Positions 11,643 through 21,120 of a DNA stretch of 64,000 nt are shown in pieces; positions within the stretch are counted from its first letter, which is position 1; the number at the start of each line of letters is the position of its first letter. The stretch is from IMG/VR virus record IMGVR_UViG_3300005611_000002, positions 130,646 through 194,645 of that record; one strand, given 5' to 3'. Position numbers and translations under genes: made by a program. The notes beneath the pieces are model-generated. The model saw only the letters and a list, made by a program, of their open reading frames with translations. It was not told the origin of the DNA and searched no databases. The stretch is from a virus (taxonomy: Duplodnaviria; Caudoviricetes).

Positions 11643-12059
11643 TTATCTGATTCTTTCTAAAAGTACGTTGAGTTGTATCGGTTGTGCAATGTTAGTGATA
11701 TAGAAACGAATAGTCACTTCGACCCTATTGTCATCAATTCTTGACTTGACATTGACATCAATGAGTTCTGCTCGCGGTTCATATTCTTGAATTGTAATTC
11801 TCACTTGCTCTTCAATCATCTTGAGTGCAGCAGGCGTTACGTTTTCGAATAGCATTGCACGAATATTACCACCGACCAATGGTTGCATCAATCTTTCACC
11901 CTTGTCAGTCAAGATTAAGTTCTTGATAGATTCCTTTACTGCTTCTTCATCACGACGAAGCGCAAGATCATCGTTTTTAGGATTCTGTGTCAGATCCTTA
12001 TAAAGATCAGCATAGAGACTGATACGTTTTTGTCTTGGCGAAAGTAATTGTACTACCAT
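11643..12059 (-). CDS. gp25: Baseplate wedge protein gp25
   Basis: AVKESIKNLILT..GER..P..G....LFE and YEPR motifs. Confidence 0.92.
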   Translation of the reverse strand: MVVQLLSPRQKRISLYADLYKDLTQNPKNDDLALRRDEEAVKESIKNLILTDKGERLMQPLVGGNIRAMLFENVTPAALKMIEEQVRITIQEYEPRAELIDVNVKSRIDDNRVEVTIRFYITNIAQPIQLNVLLERIR

Positions 12060-12081
12060 GTTCTTTTACGTCCTGTATCTA

Positions 12082-13803
12082 TTATCCAAACCATATTGCT
12101 TTATTACCTACTCCTCTTGCATCCACGTGTATAAAGCCAAGACTGTTATATATTCCAACACCAAAAAGCTTACATTTATTTTGTGCTATATTTCCAACTA
12201 GTCTGGCTTCACTTAAAGAAAAGCCTTTCCACCTTATATCAAAAGCTTTAGCACTAAGATGTCTAGATCTTTTAGCTACACCCGTTCTGCCTCTTCTTAT
12301 TATACCCGATCTTCGTAAAAAAGTGTTTAGTTTTTCACTTCTATAGGCCGAATTAACAATAAAAACCACATTTTCACCTTTTTCTTCTGAATATAACCTT
12401 TGCAATCTTATTAAACCGAGTAAAGCAGCCTGCGCACCGTCTTTATATTTCTGCTTTGTCCAAGCTTCAGCCGGTGTTTGTACTGGTTTATCTAGAGGTA
12501 AACCCAATATTCTTGCAGCTTCTCGATTGGCTGCATCGCCCTGATTCGGCGTTTTACCCCAAGAAAATTTATTACTGCCTATTTCAAATCTCGGATCTGC
12601 AATAAACGTTTCTATTGATGATAATAATCTTTCTAAATCTCTGTTTTCCTCGATAGTCCAATCTCCGGCTGGTGTTACAGGTTGTGCTGCCGCCTTATCC
12701 TTACCATTATTTATTCTTGCTTTTCGTTCTTCGTCAGAATATCTATTAGCACCGCCTTCTGAAACGGCACTAGAAGTAGCAACACGACCTGATGATCTCA
12801 AAACGTTATACGTAGTTTGATAGTCATCAACAAAATCATCAAGCGGCTTCTTTGGTAGATTGAGTGCAGTTTCAATCTGTCCTGCGAATCCACAAAATCT
12901 GTACACAAGAAACTGAATTTCTTCAAGCGAAGGATCTTTGAAAATACTAGCAGCATAGTCAATTAAGTTTTCTACCTTATTTTTAAGTCTTTCGACATTT
13001 TCTTCTGAGAAAAAAGATAAAGCCTGAGCTCTCAATTCAATAAATCTTCCGATTATGCTATCGTTTACAAAAGTTTCAATCTGTCCTATAATATTTTCAA
13101 AAGAAAGATTTTCAATGATACCTTTGACTTTGTTAACTGTATCTTCTACAATTTTCATTACTTGTTCTTTGATTTTGCTAATCAGATTCTTCATAGTTAA
13201 TTTCTTGGCAAGATCTTCCAACGAGAAATTATTGATGAAGTCAACTGCATCTTGAAATACCTGTTGAGCGTCATCTACTAAATCAAAAAAGCTATCAATC
13301 GCGCCAAAAACGGAAGGCATCAGAGCGCAAAAAGAACCAATTGCGGACTGCGTAAAGTTATTTCGATAAAAATCATTCAACTGTGATTGCATAAGCGGAG
13401 TATTTGAATTCACGAGACTCACAACAGTATTTGGATTCTGTAAAAACTCGTCCATATAGTTTGCATATTCAATCGGTGTAATTGGTATAGGTCGATTCAA
13501 TCGGTTCTGTAGATCTGGATAATTTGCTAGATTATTTTGAAAGACTTCACGATTGATTAATGTATTGTTTATAGCAATAAGACCAGCATCAAATGCTTCT
13601 TGTCCGTATTGGTTGACAAACCTATCTATTACAGTTGCTTGCACGTTTTGCTGAATATCTGCTGAAACCAGCCTTGAGTACTCTTCTATTGCAGTAGTTG
13701 CAAAACTTGGGCGAAGAGTTCCGTCAGGCGAGATATCATTTAGATTTGTGACTAAACTCGCGTTTCTTTCTATTTGATCATTTGGATCTTTACATGTTGC
13801 CAT
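12082..13803 (-). CDS. Virion-associated protein with C-terminal peptidase M15 (Zn D-Ala-D-Ala carboxypeptidase-like) domain
   Basis: SAYRS...SRH...AFDI...GVGIY...FIHVD at the C-terminus; long helical N-terminus; lies between gp5 and gp25. Confidence 0.75.
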   Translation of the reverse strand: MATCKDPNDQIERNASLVTNLNDISPDGTLRPSFATTAIEEYSRLVSADIQQNVQATVIDRFVNQYGQEAFDAGLIAINNTLINREVFQNNLANYPDLQNRLNRPIPITPIEYANYMDEFLQNPNTVVSLVNSNTPLMQSQLNDFYRNNFTQSAIGSFCALMPSVFGAIDSFFDLVDDAQQVFQDAVDFINNFSLEDLAKKLTMKNLISKIKEQVMKIVEDTVNKVKGIIENLSFENIIGQIETFVNDSIIGRFIELRAQALSFFSEENVERLKNKVENLIDYAASIFKDPSLEEIQFLVYRFCGFAGQIETALNLPKKPLDDFVDDYQTTYNVLRSSGRVATSSAVSEGGANRYSDEERKARINNGKDKAAAQPVTPAGDWTIEENRDLERLLSSIETFIADPRFEIGSNKFSWGKTPNQGDAANREAARILGLPLDKPVQTPAEAWTKQKYKDGAQAALLGLIRLQRLYSEEKGENVVFIVNSAYRSEKLNTFLRRSGIIRRGRTGVAKRSRHLSAKAFDIRWKGFSLSEARLVGNIAQNKCKLFGVGIYNSLGFIHVDARGVGNKAIWFG

Positions 13804-13812
13804 TTTATTACC

Positions 13813-15732
13813 TTATTCTATTGTAAATCCTGAACCTAAGATATTTCTCACATAATTTCTAGTTTCTCTGAATGGCGGTACACCGCCATATCTTTCAACG
13901 TTACCCGGTCCAGCATTATATGCAGCTAGAGCGTAATCCCATCTTCCAGTTTCATTATACATTGCAGCCAAATATTCGGCTCCAAATCGTAAGTTTTCAG
14001 TGGGATTATTAATATCTTGAATTGGAGTAACTCCATAACCTGGTTGTCTGCCTGTCGCCGGCACAATTTGTGCATAACCCGTTGCATTACTACTCCTATT
14101 GAATGCATTAGGATTAAAGTTTGATTCTTGAGCAATAAGCCGCAGATATAAATTCCTTGGAATACCTGCAGCATCTGCTGCAGCATAGATAGCATCTATT
14201 TGTTGTTGTGTTGGATTAGCTCTATCCATGCCTTCTACGCCCGGCGGCAATTGAGAAAGATCTTGAACGACTGGTTCATTACCCGAAGAACCTCTTAATC
14301 CGTCATCGGGGCCTGGAGTGATTTCAGCATTTTCAACTTGGTCATCAGTAGAAGCCGCACCTGTCGTTCCAACGTTCGGTCCGTTTCTACCACTATTAGA
14401 ACTCGAGATACTCGTAGATTTTGCAGGTGGTTCTGGCGCTTCAACAGATTTAGAAGGATCAGCAGCTGTTGCATCTGATGCACCATCAGGAGCTATAGCC
14501 CTCCCATCAGCGAGGAAAACTAAGTCGTCGACATTTACAGCCGTAGCATCAATATTCACGAGTACACCACCACCAATTTTTACATTATTACCTTTTACTC
14601 CAGTAGTATCCGCAGATTCTATTTTAGTATTTTGTGCTTTCAAATTCAGCGTACTGTCACACTGAATAAAGATGTTATCTCCGGCTTTCATATTGAATGA
14701 ATTTGTTGCGTCTTGGAAGATTGCAATACCAGACTTGAAATGCATAGACTCGCCAGTTTCAGCAAATAGACCTTTCGCTGCTTTGAGATTGATACCAGAC
14801 ACGTTTGATTCCATTCTCAATTGAGCACCACGAATTTGAACTTCTTCACTCGCATTGATGGTAGATTGCCCGCCAACGCCGAGTATATGATTGCCGTGTA
14901 CTACTTGAATCAGATCTCCATTGATTTCCTCGATCTTATTGCCGTCAACATAAACGTGAGAATCACCCATAATCGTAACTGAGCTTCGACCTCCGATATA
15001 CACCATGTTGTTTTTGTCATTTACTTCCTGATGATCACCGTAAGATTTATCAGTTCTTGTTCCATTTGAATCAACTTGAATATAAGATCCGCGATGCCAG
15101 ATCATCAATCTTTCTGCGTTTGGCGTAGAATCGAGTTCAACTGTCGTTTTATTATCAGGTGAACAATAAACATTGTTGTGAGGATACTTTGCGTTATATG
15201 CTGTCGCATTTTCTGACCATGATGTAAAGCTTTCGTTGGGCGCGTTTGGGTTTGAAGCTACTTTTACATCTTTTATACAATTCATTTCATGTTCTAAAGG
15301 ATGTCCCTCGTGAGGAGATTCTCCAGTAGCAAGAGGATGACACGCCGGTTGACCAACGCGTTCCGGCGCTGAGTCTGCGCTTTGAGCCTTTTCATCTTCG
15401 TTTTTTGGATGCTCACCTATGCCATCACGGTCAGGATCTAGCGTGTCGCTCATAAATGTTGGTATAGTACCAAGTATAAGAGGTTGCTGGGCATCTCGAC
15501 CGTCAAGAAAGACACCGAATACCCAATGATTTTGTTGTGGTAGTATATTGAAGCTATAATTACCAGCAACAACGAGAGCCCATGGTAGATCTTCAGTTGG
15601 TATTTGCTCTTTCGTGCCATGCACACCAAACGCTCGAACTTGAACTCGAGACTCATAACGAGGATCAATATTGTTTTCTACGATACCAACAAAAAAGAGT
15701 GGATTACGGATACCTACACCAGTTTCAAACAT
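13813..15732 (-). CDS. gp5: Baseplate hub/spike gp5 with C-terminal soluble lytic transglycosylase domain
   Basis: N-terminal OB fold (GIVE...DP....RVQVRAFGVH, LPWA, GVFLDG..AQQP), beta-helix repeats, C-terminal ESNFN...GYAQI...AAYNAGPG...ETRNYV. Confidence 0.88.
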   Translation of the reverse strand: MFETGVGIRNPLFFVGIVENNIDPRYESRVQVRAFGVHGTKEQIPTEDLPWALVVAGNYSFNILPQQNHWVFGVFLDGRDAQQPLILGTIPTFMSDTLDPDRDGIGEHPKNEDEKAQSADSAPERVGQPACHPLATGESPHEGHPLEHEMNCIKDVKVASNPNAPNESFTSWSENATAYNAKYPHNNVYCSPDNKTTVELDSTPNAERLMIWHRGSYIQVDSNGTRTDKSYGDHQEVNDKNNMVYIGGRSSVTIMGDSHVYVDGNKIEEINGDLIQVVHGNHILGVGGQSTINASEEVQIRGAQLRMESNVSGINLKAAKGLFAETGESMHFKSGIAIFQDATNSFNMKAGDNIFIQCDSTLNLKAQNTKIESADTTGVKGNNVKIGGGVLVNIDATAVNVDDLVFLADGRAIAPDGASDATAADPSKSVEAPEPPAKSTSISSSNSGRNGPNVGTTGAASTDDQVENAEITPGPDDGLRGSSGNEPVVQDLSQLPPGVEGMDRANPTQQQIDAIYAAADAAGIPRNLYLRLIAQESNFNPNAFNRSSNATGYAQIVPATGRQPGYGVTPIQDINNPTENLRFGAEYLAAMYNETGRWDYALAAYNAGPGNVERYGGVPPFRETRNYVRNILGSGFTIE

Positions 15733-17105
15733 TATCTACTCCAGTCATATTTCATTAGTTTCAAGTTAGTGGTCAATTCTTCACCTATAATCGTATTATT
15801 CACAGTATGAACCAAGTAATTACCAGAAAGTTGCTTATTGAAATCTCTTTGGCTATCTGATACTAGTTCCATAATCTTCAGATCAACTACGTTTCCTGGT
15901 TGAATATCTAATCTTCCTTTCAGAGTAGCACCAAGAGAAGTAGCGCGCAAGTGGTGTTGATACGAAACTCTTCGAGCAGTAATTTCTGCCATGAATTGTT
16001 CACCTCTCAAAGGTCCTGCTATGTCTCCAACTTTTCCGTAGTCTCGAAACATCAAAAACTGTCGAGCATTTTCTCGATTGAATGTATCACGAGCATAATC
16101 TTCGGTATGAATGTAGGATTCTGTAGTTCTTGGATTACCGCTTGAATCTATATATCGAGATCCGTCAAAGTCTTCTTTTCGAAGATCATGACCGAAGTAA
16201 TTGAAATATCTGACTTTATATTCTCTTCTTGCAAAATCCACTTCTATGATCTTGTTTGCGTAACCGCCAGATGAAAGATCATGATTGCTATCGACTCTTA
16301 ATGGATACTCAATTCTTTCGATACTGAATATTTGTTGCTTATAATCATCTGAGTCTTTGCTAACCTGAGGAAAATACGTAAGTGGAATTTGTTCTTCATT
16401 ATCCACAGCACGTTTGATTAAAAATTCATCCGAAACAAAATAGTAATCATCAAGAGTCTCGAAGAATCGAAACGAACATGAAGTAGCGCCTTCATCTTGT
16501 ATATAAGCTCGAGATGAAAGAAAATACATCGCATCTGCAGGAGTATAATTTGGTATGATACCCTTGAATAAATTCTGTGTAGGTTGTAATATAAAACTTC
16601 TTTCAGTGTTACCAATCGAGTAACTCTGTCCAGCAAACGGTAAATTAGAAGAACTTTCATTTTCTAGACTATCAAAATACTTTGAAAAGACTCTTCTCGC
16701 GGCTTGATTTATAGAATTGTTTCGTATGGATTCAATTACTCTTCTCTTGCTCGCTTGAAAGGAAGTGTTAGATATAAAATGCAGATAGTAACTCGCGCCA
16801 TCATTAGCGTCGTTCGGTGTGACATTATCAATTCGATAAACTTGTAGATTGAGTTTTTTCTTGGTTTCAAGATCGTTCGATGTAACTACCAACTCAAGTC
16901 TTTCTTCACCTCTTAGCGGCGTTCCTTCTAATATTCCAATATTGTCCGTGACCTTTAAAGATCCGGTAAAAGCAGGCGAATCCATTGATTGAGAAAAGTT
17001 GATTTCGGTCTTAACGCCTTCTAATGGAATCGGTGTTCCATCATACGTATAAAGTCGTAATCTTTCGACTTGAACCTTAGAAGGAGATGAAAGTGAATTA
17101 GACAT
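15732..17105 (-). CDS. Baseplate hub protein (gp27-like by position and size)
   Basis: Located between gp53 and gp5; C-terminal LSGNYLV..V motif; assignment mainly from synteny. Confidence 0.5.
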   Translation of the reverse strand: MSNSLSSPSKVQVERLRLYTYDGTPIPLEGVKTEINFSQSMDSPAFTGSLKVTDNIGILEGTPLRGEERLELVVTSNDLETKKKLNLQVYRIDNVTPNDANDGASYYLHFISNTSFQASKRRVIESIRNNSINQAARRVFSKYFDSLENESSSNLPFAGQSYSIGNTERSFILQPTQNLFKGIIPNYTPADAMYFLSSRAYIQDEGATSCSFRFFETLDDYYFVSDEFLIKRAVDNEEQIPLTYFPQVSKDSDDYKQQIFSIERIEYPLRVDSNHDLSSGGYANKIIEVDFARREYKVRYFNYFGHDLRKEDFDGSRYIDSSGNPRTTESYIHTEDYARDTFNRENARQFLMFRDYGKVGDIAGPLRGEQFMAEITARRVSYQHHLRATSLGATLKGRLDIQPGNVVDLKIMELVSDSQRDFNKQLSGNYLVHTVNNTIIGEELTTNLKLMKYDWSR

Positions 17106-17358
17106 TATTACGAATTGACTCTATAAATTCATCTTCAATTTGCGGTAAAAGACTTCTATCTACGAGAAAAATCTCGCGTTTATTGTCATTTAACGCTTTT
17201 TCATAATCATATACTCGATAAGGTATCCATTCTTCAGGAATGATTCTTTTGATTATAATTCTGCGACCAGCTTCTGTTCTTAGAATTACTCGATCTTCTT
17301 TGCGAAGAAATATTGTTCTGAAGCTTTCGGGCGATAACTTGATCTGATCTACTGCCAT
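17098..17358 (-). CDS. Small baseplate protein resembling the C-terminal part of long gp53 proteins
   Basis: YDYEKALNDNKREI motif; directly downstream of gp53. Confidence 0.55.
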   Translation of the reverse strand: MAVDQIKLSPESFRTIFLRKEDRVILRTEAGRRIIIKRIIPEEWIPYRVYDYEKALNDNKREIFLVDRSLLPQIEDEFIESIRNNV

Positions 17359-17360
17359 AT

Positions 17361-17738
17361 TTATACCTCTTTATAATAGTATACTACATTATCTTCTATC
17401 GTTTCGTTTTGCGTCCAGTCTACAACTTCGTAACCTGTTTTTCTCGACTCTGCAGCGTATTTTTGTATCAAATACTTGTGAAAGTCTTCTTCAGCAAGCG
17501 GCCACTGATGATATGGATCTACAATATTGTTTGCTAAATACACTAGCCAAGTATAGTCTGTTGAGCCGTAGTAATAGTATGCAATATCCTCTGCACGTTC
17601 TCCTTCTTTGATGGTGTATGGAAGAAATAACAGTGGGTTTGTCGTGACACTCTTGAGAAATTTATTTCTACGAGTGATATCGCGAGCATTACGCCCCTGA
17701 TAATTTATGATTGGAAAGTTTTCAAAATATTCTGACAT
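17361..17738 (-). CDS. gp53: Baseplate wedge protein gp53 (LysM-like)
   Basis: YF..FP.I.Y, YTIKEGERAEDIAYYYYGS..Y.W.V...NNI.DP...WP motifs. Confidence 0.88.
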   Translation of the reverse strand: MSEYFENFPIINYQGRNARDITRRNKFLKSVTTNPLLFLPYTIKEGERAEDIAYYYYGSTDYTWLVYLANNIVDPYHQWPLAEEDFHKYLIQKYAAESRKTGYEVVDWTQNETIEDNVVYYYKEV

Positions 17739-17752
17739 GTTTTTCCTATAAT

Positions 17753-18847
17753 TTAATAAGGACCTGTTCTTGTCGGATCTGCTGGTAATCCTGCTGGGGT
17801 ACTTGTAATATTAGTTTCAGCCCCGGCGCCGCCATAATCTTCTGCGGTGTGAATATCTAGTTCCATGAGTTCTATATTGAGTGCAACGTTTGCGGGTTTA
17901 CCACCCTTAAGTATTGAAACAAGACCACTGGAACCGTATTCTACATTTACTGATCGAATCATCGAAGATTTGAATTTCATGAAATAATCAGGATTTACGC
18001 CGAGAAGATAAATATCAACAATTGCTGGATATCTGAGATATGCTTTAAAATTTGTACCGGTAAATGTTTGATATGTTGGAAGCGAAGATACTTTCAATTT
18101 TTCTACAATACCTTTCAATCTTTCTGATTCGTCGAAACTTTTTGGCGCGAGAGTCCAACTGAAAGAATGTTGCTTTAATTCAACACCTTCAAAGGCAAGA
18201 GACGCTTTCGGGTTTATTGTCGAACCGAGAGCTCGATCTGCAGCGCGAGAAATACCAGGCGCGAAACGGTCTATAGTAGATCTAAGTAGATATAATACAT
18301 CCCTTGAAGCATCGCCAATTGAAGTATTTAAGATACTTTGAAGCTGCGGCCCAAGAGCACCGATACCCTGAGAAAGAACATCTTCTAAATTTATATTTGC
18401 AGCTTGGCGACCAAGTGACTGAAATTCTTGAGGTAAACCTCCAACAGTCAAATTAGATCCTTGCAAATCTTTAGCGCCTTTTGCAAGAGCTTCACCTAAA
18501 GCAGTCTCAATGACACCCTGAGTAATTTTTTCTACATTCAATATGTCAGTATCTCTTAGATTTGCTGGAATTGGAAGCTCTATTGCACTAATCCCAGTGG
18601 TAAGAGCTCTTCCTGAACCGCCGGCAATTGTCTCTCTACGAACTGCAGAACCACTGGTACCCAAGCTTAAAAGACTCTGCTCACCAGCTCTTGCATTTTC
18701 GTAAGAATATTCTTTGAATACCATCAGCATAGTATGCGCACCGAGGTCAGAAGGAAAGCTAATCAAATCCGAATACGAAGATCTTCTTCGTTCTCTTGAC
18801 ATTGCTTCTTCTGGTCTTCTGCCAACACTTAAATCTTGATAAGGCAT
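17753..18847 (-). CDS. gp48: Baseplate tail-tube cap gp48-like
   Basis: INP....AFEGV..KQHSFSWTLAPKS..ES and YP..F motifs; divergent from gp4. Confidence 0.7.
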   Translation of the reverse strand: MPYQDLSVGRRPEEAMSRERRRSSYSDLISFPSDLGAHTMLMVFKEYSYENARAGEQSLLSLGTSGSAVRRETIAGGSGRALTTGISAIELPIPANLRDTDILNVEKITQGVIETALGEALAKGAKDLQGSNLTVGGLPQEFQSLGRQAANINLEDVLSQGIGALGPQLQSILNTSIGDASRDVLYLLRSTIDRFAPGISRAADRALGSTINPKASLAFEGVELKQHSFSWTLAPKSFDESERLKGIVEKLKVSSLPTYQTFTGTNFKAYLRYPAIVDIYLLGVNPDYFMKFKSSMIRSVNVEYGSSGLVSILKGGKPANVALNIELMELDIHTAEDYGGAGAETNITSTPAGLPADPTRTGPY

Positions 18848-18860
18848 TTTGATCTTTCTA

Positions 18861-18886
18861 TATAAATAAGTTCAAATGTATTTATA
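18861..18886. promoter_or_regulatory. Divergent pair of late promoters (TATAAATA + at 18861, - at 18879-18886)
   Basis: Exact consensus on both strands between the divergent gp48 and gp4 units. Confidence 0.8.
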
Positions 18887-18903
18887 TCAAGAATGAGAGA
18901 TAA

Positions 18904-18964
18904 GTGGTAAAGTCATATAAAGGAAGATTTAGACCAAAGAATCCCGAGAAATACAAAGGTGATC
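18904..18964 (+). pseudogene. Displaced original 5' end of gp4
   Basis: Encodes MVKSYKGRFRPKNPEKYKGD, a synonymous-diverged copy of the N-terminus of the intact gp4 at 20048. Confidence 0.8.
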
Positions 18965-18968
18965 TCAC

Positions 18969-19050
18969 CATAAATAAATTGTCAGTCGCGGATGGGGGTC
19001 CCACTGACTCTATGCTTAAACAATTCACGACGAAAGGAACACAGCTTATG
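18969..19050 (+). promoter_or_regulatory. Conserved endonuclease-gene leader, copy 1 (late-promoter-like CATAAATA + hairpin + RBS)
   Basis: Near-identical to 58647-58729 (-) and structurally equivalent to 48172-48249 (-). Confidence 0.75.
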
Positions 19051-20061
19051 TCTATTTATCAGTGTAATATATGCAATAAGTCATTTAAATCTTTAAATGG
19101 GTTAGGAAAACACGTTTCAAAATCTCACGACACCACATCTGAACAATATTATAACAATTTTCATCTTAAGCCCAAAGAAAATATTTGTCAAAATGAATGT
19201 GGTAACAAAACTGATTTTATAAGTATCACATTTGGATATAAGAAATATTGTAATACATGTTCTAGAAGCTTAGGAGCAAAAAAACATCGTAAAAGACTAA
19301 AAGAAGATGAATTAAAGTTTAAACAATTTTCTGACAAGGTTTCTGAAAATCAAAGAAAAATATGGAAATGTCGAGAAATAGACGGTACTGCTGAGGAAAT
19401 AAAAAGTAAAATAGGACAAACAATATCTAAATCCAGAACTAATATGACAAAGGATGAAAGATCTAAAAAATTTGGATGGTTAAATAAATTAGAAGAACAC
19501 GAAAGATTAGAAAAAATAGAAATTATCACTGAGCCGCTGAAAAATTTTTGGAAAGATCCAAATAACAGACTCGAAAAAACGGAAGTGATAAAACGAAGAA
19601 GTCATACCATGAAATCTAAAACAAAAAGTAAAAAAATAGAAATTGCAGAAAAAAAGCTTATTAAAAGATATGGGTTGACAAAAGAAAAGGCTAAAAAATG
19701 GTATGATAATAAATACGACAAAGAATCATATTATAAAGCAGTTTGGGAAATAACCAATTTATCTTATTTTTATTGCTTAGGAGATATTGATCCGCTTAGA
19801 TTGAGGGGCAAACTGCACAATGGTATAGTGTACGTTCTAGATCACATTTTAAGTATTATGCAAGGATTTTTAAATGATATAGATCCTTATATTATTGGCC
19901 ATCCTTGCAACTTACAAATTTTGGAAAATGATGTAAATTTATATAAATCAGCAAATTGTTGGATTACTTTCGAAACTTTGAACGAAAATATAAAGCGATA
20001 CAACTTACAACATAAAAACAAATTATATATGAAAGTTCTACAAGCAGATGGCACGCTATAA
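19048..20061 (+). CDS. Putative homing endonuclease (C2H2 zinc finger N-terminus, HNH-like C-terminus)
   Basis: CNIC..F.....LGKH...SH finger, LDHI...HPCNLQ...N..K; very AT-rich; RBS AAAGGA before ATG 19048 (track ORF begins at 18904 in frame). Confidence 0.7.
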   Translation: MSIYQCNICNKSFKSLNGLGKHVSKSHDTTSEQYYNNFHLKPKENICQNECGNKTDFISITFGYKKYCNTCSRSLGAKKHRKRLKEDELKFKQFSDKVSENQRKIWKCREIDGTAEEIKSKIGQTISKSRTNMTKDERSKKFGWLNKLEEHERLEKIEIITEPLKNFWKDPNNRLEKTEVIKRRSHTMKSKTKSKKIEIAEKKLIKRYGLTKEKAKKWYDNKYDKESYYKAVWEITNLSYFYCLGDIDPLRLRGKLHNGIVYVLDHILSIMQGFLNDIDPYIIGHPCNLQILENDVNLYKSANCWITFETLNENIKRYNLQHKNKLYMKVLQADGTL

Positions 20062-20512
20062 TCAGGGTAGATTTCGCCCCAAAAATCCCGAGAAATATAA
20101 AGGAGATCCCAGCCGCTGCTACTATCGAAGTTCTTGGGAGTTCAAATTTTTTCGCTATGTTGATCAGCATCCTGATGTGATATGGTGGGCTTCAGAAGAG
20201 TATGTCGTGCCCTATATGTCTCCGATAGACGGAAGAGCGCATCGGTATTTTCCTGATGTTGTCGTGAAAAAGAAAACGCCAGAAGGGACTACTGAAACTG
20301 TTATGATCGAAATCAAACCAAAAGGTCAGACGAGACCGCCCGATCCGCGAAAAAAGAATGCAACAAAAACTGGACGAGTTTCTCGCAAATACATAAACGA
20401 GGTCAAGACATATGGAATTAATGAAGCAAAATGGCGTGCAGCAGAAAGATATTGCGCTGATCGTGGGTGGAAATTCATGCTCATGACTGAAGATCAGTTG
20501 GGAATTAAGTAA
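20048..20512 (+). CDS. gp4: Head completion nuclease gp4
   Basis: YRSSWE..F...D..P.V..W.SEE..PY.SP.D...HRYFPD, EIKP, NEAKW motifs. Confidence 0.93.
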   Translation: MARYNQGRFRPKNPEKYKGDPSRCYYRSSWEFKFFRYVDQHPDVIWWASEEYVVPYMSPIDGRAHRYFPDVVVKKKTPEGTTETVMIEIKPKGQTRPPDPRKKNATKTGRVSRKYINEVKTYGINEAKWRAAERYCADRGWKFMLMTEDQLGIK

Positions 20513-21120
20513 TGGCCGCAAGAGTCTTTGACGATATTCTCTTGAAAGGACTTCGTTCTGGTCAGGTTCCAGCGCGCACTCAAGCAGCACGTGACTGGTA
20601 TCGTGATCAAGCAAAACAAGTACGAAAGTCTGAAGTGAATGATGCGAAACTGATTCGTGAAATGGGAAGAGATCGCTATGAAAGCAGATTTCGTATCGGG
20701 CACATGTATATGTTTGGTTACGATCCAAAGCACAAAAAGACACTTCCTTACTATGATAGGTTCCCGCTGATCTTTCCAATCAATCGCGCAAAGGGTGGAT
20801 TTCTCGGCATCAACTTTCACTATTTGCCGCTTCAGTTAAGAGCCAAACTTATGGACTCTCTTTATGATGTGACTTCAAATGATCGATATGATGAAAATAC
20901 TAAGCTTAGACTTTCATACGGAGTGCTGAACGGTGCTTCAAAATACAAAGAATTCAAACCTACTATCAAACATTATCTGTCAAAACACGTTCGAACAAAA
21001 ATGACATATGTGCATCCAACTGAGTGGGATATTGCAATTTTTCTTCCGACTGCAAGGTTCGAAGGCGCAACACAAACAAAAGTCTGGGCAGACTCCAGAA
21101 GAATTATAAGAGGACGATAA
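20512..21120 (+). CDS. gp2: DNA end protector protein gp2
   Basis: YDPKHK.TLPYYDRFPL, GINFHYLP...R motifs. Confidence 0.92.
   Translation: MAARVFDDILLKGLRSGQVPARTQAARDWYRDQAKQVRKSEVNDAKLIREMGRDRYESRFRIGHMYMFGYDPKHKKTLPYYDRFPLIFPINRAKGGFLGINFHYLPLQLRAKLMDSLYDVTSNDRYDENTKLRLSYGVLNGASKYKEFKPTIKHYLSKHVRTKMTYVHPTEWDIAIFLPTARFEGATQTKVWADSRRIIRGR

Noticed and set aside
92-17100. Many 60-120 aa ORFs on the + strand or in alternative frames within the structural genes
   Set aside because: Shadow ORFs of long, motif-bearing minus-strand genes; no RBS or recognisable motifs
18904-20061. Possible group I intron or intein in gp4 (likewise at gp39 and uvsY)
   Set aside because: The downstream gene copy is complete with its own start, no group I core or intein terminal motifs were seen, and terminus duplication explains the layout without splicing
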